Assembly (NCBI GenBank): GCA_905178155.1
Contig: CAJINV010000016.1
Location: forward strand, 1,269,386 to 1,333,385
Source of the DNA: Amoebophrya sp. A120
Lineage: Eukaryota; Protista; Dinoflagellata
Direction of reading: 5' to 3'
Length of the DNA stretch: 64,000 bases
Shown here: positions 46,366 to 56,997 of the stretch, piece by piece
Numbering within the stretch: position 1 is the stretch's first letter
Layout of the letters: each line of letters starts with the position of its first letter
The notes under the pieces: generated by a model
The model's database searches: none
What the model was told of the DNA's origin: nothing
Seen by the model: the letters and a program-made list of their open reading frames with translations, nothing else
Translations under genes and position numbers: made by a program

Positions 46366-49341
46366 TCACATCGTCTTCTTCACAGCTTCATCACCCTCCT
46401 CCTCCAGAAAAAACTTCTCATCCTTGGTCAGCAACTTCGCCCGGGTGGAATGCGAGTACATGTATTGGAACACCCGGAGGAAGTAGTCCCGCGTGTATTC
46501 AAATTGGTACAATTCCTCGTACAATCCCTTCTCCTTCAACCACCCCTGCATCGCAATCGTCGCTTCCTTCAAGTGGTAGTGCGGGATCTTGGTGAAAAAC
46601 AGGTGGTGGATCACGTGGCAATCGGTGATGTTATACATTGCAAAAGTATCGTACTAGTAGAAATAGCATTACAAATTTTGCCAGAAGGAAAAATGGAATT
46701 TGTAATGCTGAATGAGGGAAGTAACCAGATTTGTCATGCATGACTGAAATCACCACGAGTACGAGTTAGTACGATACTTTTGCAATGCATAAATGTGGTG
46801 GTGAAACAAGTCAATCACCGACCCGAACGTGCGGTCAACGGTTTCAAACGCGGCGGTCGAGTATTTCCAGGTGGTATTGTCGTACACCTTCACGGTCGGG
46901 TTGTGGTGCTGCAGGTAGGTGACGGTGTAGAGGTAGAAGCACATGGTGAACCAAGCGGGAAGGTATACAATCGCGAACTCCGAGAAATTTCCGTTGAAGA
47001 AACATTGCGTGTACCAGTACCCGTAAGCAAGGACGACGAAAACGGAAATCCAGCACTTGATCAGTTCCTGATTTTAAGGTATGATATTTGGTTTGATGTG
47101 CGAAATCACTCACAAACACCACGATCCTCAAAGCGAATCTGTCATGCTGTTTCATCTTCATACAAAAACGAAATGATCCATTGCGATCTTCATCTCTAGT
47201 TACTTTCACACGAAGACCAAAACTTCTTTATTTATACCTGCGTATCCACATTTTCCCACAACCTGCATCCGCTGAAGACGTTTGGAAAGTAGTGGGTCCC
47301 GTCCACCCCTCCGTACTGTTGGGGCCACAGCATATGGATCTGTCAGGATCGAAATCGACAAAGTTGAAATGATTTGTAATGCATAAAACGGACATGAAAG
47401 CCGTCGCCCAGATTCCAAGTGGCGCATGACAAATTTGGGTAGAACCGAAATCCAGTTTGTCATGCTGTTTAGGTAAGGAAGAGCTCCTCTTGTCATGCTA
47501 TTGCAGCAGCTCAGCTTCTACCCCTCAACAGGCTTACAATCTGCCTCACTTGCCTCCTCTGCAAGACAGGCGTTCTATGGGCTGCATTTTATGCATAGCA
47601 AATCACTTCAACTCTAACGATTTCAATCCTCGCACTCCCATACAGCAGGTAAAACGCGTAGCCAAACACCGGGTACACCGCCGCGGGAATCGCCGGGTAG
47701 TTTTTCACGAGCGAACTGTATAACAGTGCACAACTCCCCCTCCCCCTCATTTGTATAGCATGAACGGCAATACAAGCATCAGCAAGAATGCTCGTTTTGC
47801 ATGACAAATTTGCACTGGATTAAAGTGCTATTTGGGCTACCAAAACTTGTCATGCAAACAGTGCTAAGAGGCAAAGGGTAAATTGGGTATTTTGCATGAC
47901 AAATGAGGGGGAGGGGGAGTTGTGCACTGTCATAAACTGCACGCCTTGTCGAACTTGGGATCGTGGGCCCAGGGGAAGCTGTAGTCCTTGTCCAGATGGT
48001 TGTGGTACATGTGATGAAACCGGTGGCTCCGGGCCCAGGACTGAAACGGCACAAAGATCGCCCCGTGGGTCAAGTTTCCGAAGAAGAAGTTGATATTTGA
48101 ATTGTTGCTGAACGTTCCGTGTCCGCAGTCGTGACCGACGACGAAATTCGCCCACATGAAAAACCCCGCGAGCCAGTAGAGGAAAATCGCCAGGACGGGT
48201 TTGAGCAGGATAGAAGTGTGGAAACTGCTGATGTTGATGTTGTTGTTTTCCTGCTGTTGACTACTGGTGCTGATTAACGACGATGAATTGTCGAGAAACA
48301 AGAAACCGTCCAACTCCCCGCGGTACAACATCTTCAACCCCGTCAACGCGGAAAACACGACCGCTAGATCGAACACCATCCACTTCAGGGAGCGCGCCAA
48401 ATCCTTCTGGAAACACTTCTTCGGCAGTGCCTTCCGAAGATATACTGCGCAAAAGTATCGCACTCGTACTAATTGCAAACATGCATGACAAATCTTGCTT
48501 CTTCGCCAAGTCAGCATTACAAATACCATTTTTCCTGCTGGAAAAATTTGTATTGCGATTTATACTAGTACGATACTTTTGCAATGCATAGGAGATCCTC
48601 CAAGTTGAAATTTTCCGGGTGGTATCCACAGAAAAAAACCCACGCACATCCAATTTGTCATGCAGAACACGCATCAAGTCATGTGTTTGTCATGCAAAAA
48701 ATGGATGTGGATGTGTGTTTTTCTGTGGATAGGTGGACCTGGCTGTCGTGCTCGATGAACTTCAAAAACTCGGTGTCGCGGAGGTTATCAAATGTAAAAG
48801 TGTCTGGGTCTGGAAAAATGCAACTTGTGATGCTGCATTTGGATTCCAAAAAAATCTGTATTGCATGAGTACCAAAGGAAATGCAATTTTTGCTACGCTG
48901 AGAAGGCATTTGTCATGCGGAATACGCATCAAGAAGCCCTCAGAAAATCTGTATTGCTCGGGTATGCATCACAGACATCATGGCTCACGCAAAACGTGCA
49001 TGACAAGTGTCAGAATCTTCCAGACCCAGACATTTTTACATTTGATAGAGGTTTTGGTGTTTCAATTTCGACTTCGTTTGCGCTTCATCGTCGGTGTCGG
49101 ACGAAGAAGTTGTTCCCGTTGCACCCCCTTCGTCTTCAGAGGAAGACCTGGACGCCCGCGTGGTGGTGCGGGTCAAAGTCGCACTGCTGGTGCGGGCGAT
49201 GTCGTTGTCGGTGGTGTTGTGTGCGAATAGTTCTTGTTTGGTCGCAGCTTTATGCTGCTGGTGTGGTCCGGAAAAAGAATTCTCATCCTCGGTCGACAAG
49301 AGAGTCTTGTCCGGGTACCCGGGAATTGCGGCGGTGGACAT
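46366..49341 (-). CDS. Membrane fatty acid desaturase (delta-12/omega-3 type)
   Basis: His boxes HDCGH, HRFHH and HHITDCHVIHH; also DLRKALPKKCF, VTYLQH, TVDR and IPHYHL. Frame is continuous across six introners and one GT-AG intron (47068-47237). Confidence 0.9.
46632..46791. mobile_element. Introner (family F5), 160 bp
   Basis: TIR tatacattgcaaaagtatcgtacta; TSD gatgt/aatgt; interrupts the HHI|TDCHVIHH region. Confidence 0.9.
47333..47642. mobile_element. Introner (family F6), 310 bp
   Basis: TIR tatggatctgtcaggatcgaaatcgacaaagttgaa; TSD cagca; frame restored. Confidence 0.9.
47719..47934. mobile_element. Introner (family F4), 216 bp
   Basis: TIR tataacagtgcacaactccccctccccctcatttgt; TSD aactg; frame restored. 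Confidence 0.92.
48441..48590. mobile_element. Introner (family F5), 150 bp
   Basis: TIR tatactgcgcaaaagtatcg; TSD gaaga/ggaga; frame restored DL|RKAL. Confidence 0.9.
48623..48731. mobile_element. Introner (family F7), 109 bp
   Basis: TIR tatccacagaaaaa; TSD ggtgg; frame restored. Confidence 0.9.
48786..49047. mobile_element. Introner (family F1), 262 bp
   Basis: TIR tatcaaatgtaaaagtgtctgggtctggaa; TSD gaggt; frame restored. Confidence 0.92.
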
Positions 49342-50194
49342 TTTGCGATGGAAATATGGCGCGAACGCGATAAATATTGTCGCCTTGCTGGGTTCCAGGT
49401 AGAGTCAGTCTGTAGCACCAACGCGGAGCACAAAGCAGATGCAGATGCTTCAAAAAGAACAGATGATAATATTTATTTATTTTCACAAGAGTGCGACCAA
49501 TTTGACCACAGCATGCCTTTTATTTGATTATTGACAACGCATCGGCGTACGCCGGCACGCACGTCTTTGCTCTCCGGCATCACAAAGGAAGCCCGCACTT
49601 TGGAATTCTCTCTATCAATACGGTGAAGCTTTCTACTACATTCTCTCGCACGACCCAGTTTGGATTCTCATTTTGTCTGTCGCTCACAGTCACAAGGCAT
49701 CACGGCGCATTCAGAATCATGTGAGTCCTTGGTGCGAGGACGTGCAGTAGCATCTGCATTGCGCCTAGCGGTTGACCACACGACGAACAGTGAACAACTT
49801 TCTTGCTTTTACAGATACTTACGATTATAGCATCTACAGCTACACGCAATCGGAACTAGAGCCTGCAGGTTGCAGTCTGGAGGAGGTGCGCGAACGACCC
49901 CTGTCGCTGCGGCCCATACAACTTCACCACCACGATTTCCGAAAGGCGAGACCAAAAACTCAAGGCCTACTGAAAGCACACTTCGTTCCTAATCGTACAA
50001 ATTCGCAAAAGAAAATTCTGGTAGAAACAGATCCTGATCTACTTCACCGTTCATAATTTATATCCCTCTCCCTGTTCCAGTTCCTACAAAAATGCTTTGC
50101 ATAGCACCACAGTCATGGTGCAGACAAGAGGACGTCACAACTTATTCTGCGTTCATCTTGCTCAAGGACTTTCCATTTATTTCCGCCATCTCTT

Positions 50195-51154
50195 CTACAA
50201 AAAATACACTTCGTAACTCGCATTGGCGCCTCTCCAATCTCTGGGTATTCTTTCGTCGTGATCCCCCAAATACACACACTGCTGTTTGTCCCAGTACGGG
50301 GGATTTGGCATGGACGTTTCCGGAAAATTTTCCGCTTTCTCCACACACTGCGTCCGCATCGTCTGCGAATTGTAGTTGCACCACCTACCCAGCAAACCAC
50401 ACTTCCCGTCCTTCCGCTTGCTTGGTTCGAACACCGAGCAGTTCATCCTTTGGTCGTCCTCTTCGAACTGTGGGTATTTCATGATCGGCTTGATGTGCGT
50501 GGTGCACCGGAACCAGATGTCGCTCGCCGTGTCGTAGATCCAATCAATCCCCCGCAGCCCGTCCGCCCGGATGGACTGGAACCATTCCACCGGGGTGCCG
50601 TGCTGCAACACCGGCGGCGGGGCGGTCTTCACGTCGTCGTTGTACCGGATCTGTTTCCGCTGGAACAAATCCCGGACGTGCGCGCACTGCGTTTCCAAGT
50701 CGTCACTCCACTTCTCCGTTTCCAGCATGTCCGGGTCTTTGTTCAGCGGGGTTTTGCGGTAGAGTAATCTCCAAGAATGCGTCCAGCCACTTCCCTTATC
50801 CCAAATCTCCCTTTCCGCTTCGTGTTCAGGCGGGTAGAAGTGCGCGTGGAGCCGCTCCTTCCAGTTGATGGAATTCAGTGGGTTGCGGTACAGCCGACAG
50901 TCGACGAAGAAGGACGTATTTTTGAAGCGCTTGCTTTTCGTGCGTGCTGGGGCGTTGATTCTTCTTGTTGTGTGAAAATAATGACTTCCTACTTGATCTA
51001 GATGTTCAGCTGTCACGGTAGTCATTCCGCTGCCCTTGCTGCTCTTCGAAGCTAGGCGTGACGGGGAAGACATCGGCGTTCCAAACATCTGCTGTGCCTC
51101 GGTGGACAAAAGACCGCCTGAAAGAGAGGCGTAGCTTCCGACAGACACTGTCAT
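50195..51154 (-). CDS. Hypothetical protein (Trp/Cys-rich, 319 aa; 3' end may be spliced)
   Basis: Long ORF with coding-like codon usage on the locally coding strand. Confidence 0.65.
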   Translation of the reverse strand: MTVSVGSYASLSGGLLSTEAQQMFGTPMSSPSRLASKSSKGSGMTTVTAEHLDQVGSHYFHTTRRINAPARTKSKRFKNTSFFVDCRLYRNPLNSINWKERLHAHFYPPEHEAEREIWDKGSGWTHSWRLLYRKTPLNKDPDMLETEKWSDDLETQCAHVRDLFQRKQIRYNDDVKTAPPPVLQHGTPVEWFQSIRADGLRGIDWIYDTASDIWFRCTTHIKPIMKYPQFEEDDQRMNCSVFEPSKRKDGKCGLLGRWCNYNSQTMRTQCVEKAENFPETSMPNPPYWDKQQCVYLGDHDERIPRDWRGANASYEVYFL

Positions 51155-52891
51155 CGTCTCAGAATACTAAACTCAGTGCGAATTTTGCGTCAGCTTTCTG
51201 CTTCTCGTAGTTTACCTTTAGGCCTCCAAGAGCAAGAGCGACGAGCTCTAGAGGACTGATGAAAAAGAGAAAAAATCCTTTTTCTTCGGTAGATGAGGAT
51301 CGATGACTACGAGGAAGGCGATTAGGATTATCACATGCGCCGACAACCGCTTTAGGTTCTCTATATCCTACCTGTTAATCATGTTGCTCATGTGGTTGTC
51401 GACGATCGTCCAACAACGAACACTACAAAGACACTCTGCGCTCGAAGAAAATCTATCAAAGACTCATCTTCATCGGCGAGGGCGAGCGACGACAACGGCC
51501 ACGCTAGACGTGGAACTCGAAAGCGATAGCTTCGCCCGCCTCTACAACATTGGCGGCAGGCGTCGATCAATAACAATGGCACACTGATAGATAATTTATG
51601 AAAGGAAACATCACCGGCGGCGCGCGCTCGCATGTTTGTATGACAAGGGCTGCTTCTTCCACGCGCACGCCAGAGCCCTAATAACGAACCCGACCACTGA
51701 CTGGCGGCAGCACCCGATTTACAAGCGAAAAGGGCGCGCCCGTGGGCAACAGGGTAACTAAGCTGGCAGGCAACGGCGCACGGGACTAGGCGAACCGGGC
51801 GCGCCAACCGCGGCTTCTTCGGCCATTGCTTTGCGCGGCCCCGCCGGATTCTGACTGTCCCGGGCGGGTGGCTGCGAACATTCGCGGGCGCTGGCACAAC
51901 TAGGGCGCGCGCCCTCGCAGCGTGCTAGTTGACGAAATACGACAGAGATAGCCCGGGCACCGAACCAGCAACGCGCCCCAGGCCCGAAGCGCTGCAAATG
52001 TAAGCGCCACCACAGCCCCACGACGCAACCCAGCCTGCCACCAGAACCAGGCGGGCCAAGGGCGCGCGCCCTGCCCCATCCCCCCGGAATGCCGGCCGGC
52101 CGTCTTCGATACGCCGGCCATTCGATTCCCTGCCGGGCCGAGGTCCGTCGAGGAAGGCGGCGCGGAGCATCTTGGACGCGAGCGCCTCGCTTCCACGATG
52201 CTCCTGGCGTGGAATGCGTGCCCCAAGCCATGTCGGGAAGGCGCCCGCGGAGGAAGCGCAAAGATGCCGCGCCCCGGCTGAGTGTGTAATCGCTAACACA
52301 ATCCAGGACACTCCTGCAGGAATCGGCGCGCAGGCTCCGCCCTTCGTGCGCCTGCCGGACCGCGTTAAGCCGGCCGGGGGCCCGCCCCGCCGCGCCCGCT
52401 TTGTCCCTGTCCTCCCGCATTTTCGCAATTTTCTCGCTCGCGAGTTCGGAGAGTTTCCGCTTCTGCTCTAAGGCGGAGACGAGCCCGAACACAAAGCGGG
52501 GCCGCTGAGCCTGTCACGGACGACATTGAAGGCCTGGCCCGGGCATTCCTACAGCGGCCACTTGCTGGCTTCACGAGCCGGGACGTTCTGACGATCGCTC
52601 GCAGTTAGGACACAAATACGACAGACATGATGCATCAAGCGCGACGGCAACTATCTGTCTCTCTCCTGACCCGATCCCGACACAGCAGCAGAACACCCGA
52701 GAAACCGACACGACATAGGAACACAGAGCTCGACGAACCAAATCAATCTACATTGCTGAAGCTTTCTTCTTCAAAGTTCAATCTCAAGATGTACACGGAG
52801 CTATCCACGTCCTGTTTATTTAAGTTCGATAATGAAAATTCAAGCTGAGTTGTGGAGGAGCCATCAAATACGTACAAAACGAGAAGCAGTC

Positions 52892-52970
52892 AGCCGCCTC
52901 TACTAAAACTAGTAAGCGTGGTCAAGTTATAGCTCATGAATAGCTCCAGCTGCACTCTTAAAGTTCTGGA
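52892..52970. repeat. Structured ~80-bp repeat, copy 1
   Basis: agccgcctctacta..tagta.gcgtggtcaag...tcatga...tccag-ctgcactcttaaagtt-ctgga; recurs at 54921, 55069 and 56385. Confidence 0.9.
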
Positions 52971-53114
52971 ACGCCGCCCCGCAGCCAAGCATTAGAAGAC
53001 GCAAAGCTGTTTCGACGGCTTGCGTTGAACGTGTCGGGAGCAGCGCAGCCAGGGAAATCGAAACACGCGAATAGCAAGTCCAACACCGGCGTGCCCGGGG
53101 TAACCCAGTTTTCG

Positions 53115-53666
53115 ATGAAGCAAAAAAGAAAATGGAATCGAGGAGCAATCGTAGGAGCGTTCAAAAGCCGGAAAAAGGCGATCCTCAGAAGGTACAAGGT
53201 GAACATGAACACCAAAGCCCCAATGAAAAATTGGCAAAAGCAGCGAAAGTGTAGAACGAAGGCTCAGAAGGCAGGCTTAATTCAGCTCATGACACGATGG
53301 AGACAGGCGAAAATGGAGCGCGTCGAGCACCCTGGCCGCTCGGGACGAATGCAACGTCACATCAAGAAGACCACCATCGACCCGCTCCGCAAGAAAATTG
53401 TGGCCCAGGGGAAAACGCTCTTCGATTTCCGGAAAGTGGCGAAGAAGCTGTTGAAGCCCCGGCGCGCAGCAGTGGCTACCAAGAAGTCGGAGCTGTTCGT
53501 GCCGAGTTCTTCCACCCGGAGAAAAGCGGAGGTTGCTGCCGGGTCTGTGCCGCATGTCCGACCAGCACACCAGCCTACCATGGATCCACGTGAGTTTCGA
53601 TTCGTCGGACCAACAACCAAACTGCCGAAGACGCGGGACATGTCGAAGGGGTTCCGACGCCCCTGA
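53115..53666 (+). CDS. Highly basic (K/R-rich) hypothetical protein, only credible plus-strand ORF
   Basis: ORF 53025-53666 with first ATG at 53115; intronless; lies just downstream of repeat copy 1. Confidence 0.45.
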   Translation: MKQKRKWNRGAIVGAFKSRKKAILRRYKVNMNTKAPMKNWQKQRKCRTKAQKAGLIQLMTRWRQAKMERVEHPGRSGRMQRHIKKTTIDPLRKKIVAQGKTLFDFRKVAKKLLKPRRAAVATKKSELFVPSSSTRRKAEVAAGSVPHVRPAHQPTMDPREFRFVGPTTKLPKTRDMSKGFRRP

Positions 53667-54889
53667 AGCCAGATGAAAGGAGTGGTTTCATTTTCCGATC
53701 TTCCTCGTTACATTTTCCCCAAGCACTCTCTCGCGATTCAGATAAACGTTGCTGCATGCACAAAGTTCACGTTGCGCAACTTGTATAACTTGCAGGGGAG
53801 TGCGGAAGTATTTATGCAGTTTTTGAACAGACATGCCTGGAGCTCGACGCGCCGAGTTGTTTTTTAAGGAAAGTAGAGTGCTAAAGATAGAAAGATCTGC
53901 TACACGATGTTTCTGTATTCAACCGGGCTCAGAAGTAGTAGACTCTCGGTCAGCGAGACGTCCACTCAACTTGCGAGAACGAAGAGGGATTGAAGGGCTT
54001 GCACGGTACTATTAGATATTTCTTGATGCTGTCGCTTTCCCTGGCCTCGTAGCAAGATTGGATGAAAGTTGCGCGAGAATCGTGTCAAACAAAACCATGA
54101 CTGTCTTCTTTTAGAACTAGCACACTGTAGTGCCAGTCGAAGCCATTTTTTTTCCAATTTACTTTAATAAGTAATACTTATTACTCAGCCCTTGTATCTG
54201 CTGCCTGGTGCAATACTCGCTGCGTTCTCGGACAAAAGGCCCTAGGCTGTGTGGTTTCAAAGCCTATTGTCGAGAGATATTGCCCTGTCAAATATTGAGT
54301 TGCAGAGGATCACAGCGGCAGCAATATTTTTTCATACGAGGAGCTAACTGTTCAGCCGGGCCATGGTTTCGCGATATTCTGGCCGAGCTGGATCTTCACA
54401 CATCCTTTTTTCTATCAATTCTTTCGGAATTTAGATTTTTACTGTTTCACTTTTCAGTTTCCCTTCTGTTTGATCCGATTCGAGTCCAGTTTAGCTTTAT
54501 AGTATGTCGCCTTTGATTTACCGGCCTTCGTGCAGTCTTTCTATAAGATTAATAATTGAACTTAATCATAGAATAGGAAGATTGGCGAACGAGGAACGTA
54601 TCTCACATCACAATTGCCCACGACACACATCACAGTAGTTAGGCAAACGAGTCACGCGCAACATTTTTAAAAGCCAAGCAGTACTAAAGTTGAGGTCAGG
54701 ACCAGTCTAAAGCTTTGCCAGGCAGTTTCTGTAGTAGCAGCGTGCGAGCGACCCAGGCCAAAGCCAAAAAGCAAGCGCAACAGCCTTTTTATTCTTTTCC
54801 CTTATCGCTTTTTTCTAGTTACACAACGTCCCTACCGCCGCTTTCGAGCGAGCATTTGTAAACTTACTCTTTATGAGTATTTACAAAAA

Positions 54890-55000
54890 AGCCGCCTCTA
54901 CTAGAATTTAGTAGTTAGTTAGCCGCCTCTACTAGAACTTAGTATGCGTGGTCAAGAGTTAGCTCATGAATAGCTCCAGCTGCACTCTTAAAGTTCTGGA
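54890..55000. repeat. Structured repeat, copy 2 (54921-55000), preceded by a partial duplicate (54890-54913)
   Basis: Direct sequence identity with copy 1. Confidence 0.9.
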
Positions 55001-55068
55001 ACCCTATATACATGCGTATTTGCCCTGGGTTTTTGTATGACACGAGGGAGGGGCGCAGGTTCATCGTT

Positions 55069-55145
55069 AGCCGCCTCTACTATAGCAGTAAGCGTGGTCA
55101 AGTTTTAGCTCATGAAAGCTCCAGCTGTACTCTTAAAGTTCTGGA
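55069..55145. repeat. Structured repeat, copy 3
   Basis: Direct sequence identity with copy 1; the loop of the first hairpin varies. Confidence 0.9.
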
Positions 55146-56384
55146 CCGCCCCACCGCTCGCCACTCGCCGACAGCCGAGCCGAGCCGAGCCAAAACAAAC
55201 ACATAACATATAAACTTTTTCTAGTTAATATAAAAGATCTGTCTATTTCTTTGATTGCCCAGTCGTAAGCACCTGCTCTTCAATCTTTATCACTTTGTCT
55301 AGTCACAAGTAAGCTTTAGTCTTCCTTTGCTACCATCATTCTCTACGCCATTGCTGTTTCCAAAGAGCAAGTGAACCCACTACGGTGGAGCGGAAAGTTT
55401 TCGAACAATTCGGACGTTTGTGGACTTTCAGAACTTGTTTTTGTCGCACTAGTGTAGCGCCCGGCGGTGAAGAACTTGTTTTTTAGCTCCCCTGGTGCTC
55501 TAGGGACTTAACCTTACATAGCACGCCGACCGGTAGTACTACTACAAAAAGGGATGAATAACTTATGCCCGAAGAGGCTTAGCATAGTCCATCCCTCGCA
55601 CTGCTGTTGCGTCAGCAGATGCGGCGACAGGCGTGGCGTTCGCGGGGACCTCATGGCGAGGCTAGTTAGTTTTGCATGGCGGTCTGCGTGACTGCATCGC
55701 CGTGGCCGCCACCATAGGCCTGCTCGTGTAGTACATTCCGCGTAGCGCCCACCTTCGACGACCTACAAATATTCGTAGCGCGGAAGCCCACTGTGCGGAT
55801 CAGTGGCACTAGTAGCGCCTTAGACACCTCGGCCAAAAAAAAACAAGAAGGTGGTAAAATTTTTTTTTATATATAGCGTTACAGTACTGCAGTTCAAGTA
55901 GATCAAAAAGTTTTCGTACGAAAAACAAAAAGCAACTAGATCGTAAATTCCCATCGGCGAGTCCAGTGCGCAGCGGGCTGTCCCCACCAGTACACGAGTA
56001 TATTCCCACTAGGGAAAAGAGGCGTCCGTGTGGGCCGGGCAATTTGCACGTACATGGGAAGTTTGATGGAGGGGTTCAGGGTACATAAAAAAAAAAAACG
56101 AAAAGAAAAAGATCAAAATGATCCAGGCCGAGGTGTAGATGCATGCAAATGGGAACTTGTATTAGACGAATAGTAAAAAGTAAGTGCTTGATAACTTAAA
56201 CAGGGTTTAGGGTAATCAGCCGGTGCTCTGGTTGCGGCGCGTGAAGCTTTAGCATCGACCGGTATAAGACTTTCGGTGTGCTTGTCGGGTTTTGCTCAGT
56301 GGCCGAAATTCCCAGTCCCACCCAATAGGCATGCTATACGGCCCGGGGAATTTGTATCGCGGGCGGGGTACAAGCATCACTGTT

Positions 56385-56461
56385 AGCCGCCTCTACTAGA
56401 ATAGTACGCGTGGTCGAGCTCTAGTTCATGAAAAAGTCGGCTGCACTCTTAAAGTTCCGAC
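56385..56461. repeat. Structured repeat, copy 4 (divergent, compensatory stem)
   Basis: Stem tccag/ctgga is replaced by gtcgg/ccgac around the same 16-nt loop. Confidence 0.88.
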
Positions 56462-56997
56462 ACGCCAAACCCCATGCTATGCTATGCTAAATTAAATCTG
56501 ATCTGATCTGAATTTTTCAACAGCGTCAAGGAAGGTGATTCGTCTCCTCCTTGAAAAAAGAATTTTTCTCTCGTCAGGTGGCTCCTCAGAAGACTAAACA
56601 AGAAGCACGCTTCGTCTGTAGCAAGTAACTTACTGTAACTGTCATAGTCATTACTAGTCCGACATAAGGGTCGCAAACCAACTGGGATATTGAAGAAGCG
56701 AGACTACATGATCACTCATCAGCACACTAAGAAATAACATTTTTTTTGTCATGTATCAATATTATGCGGCACTCTACTTTTAGGACTCATACTCGCCGAT
56801 CATCTTGAATCAACAATCACTTTAACTTTACCATCAAGCTTTTTGTTCTAGTAAGCACGCAAGTTGCCGCCCTAGGAGGTGTTTTTTTCTTTGTAATTTT
56901 TGTTCTATGTCATCTTGATCTGGATCTGCACAAGAACGTTATAAGTACGTAGGATCTAGTTCTAGTCGTCGACCTGATCATCTTCCCTTCCCTCCAA

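Noticed and set aside
52892-52970. Structured repeat as tRNA-Leu(TAA) or dinoflagellate spliced leader
   Set aside because: No cloverleaf or T-loop (GTTCRA). Resemblance to the spliced leader is limited to TAGCC...TGG(C)TCAAG, with a long insertion and no consistent GT donor.
55575-55600. Group I intron S-like motif (gcttagcatagtcc)
   Set aside because: No matching P, Q and R elements or host exon context were found.
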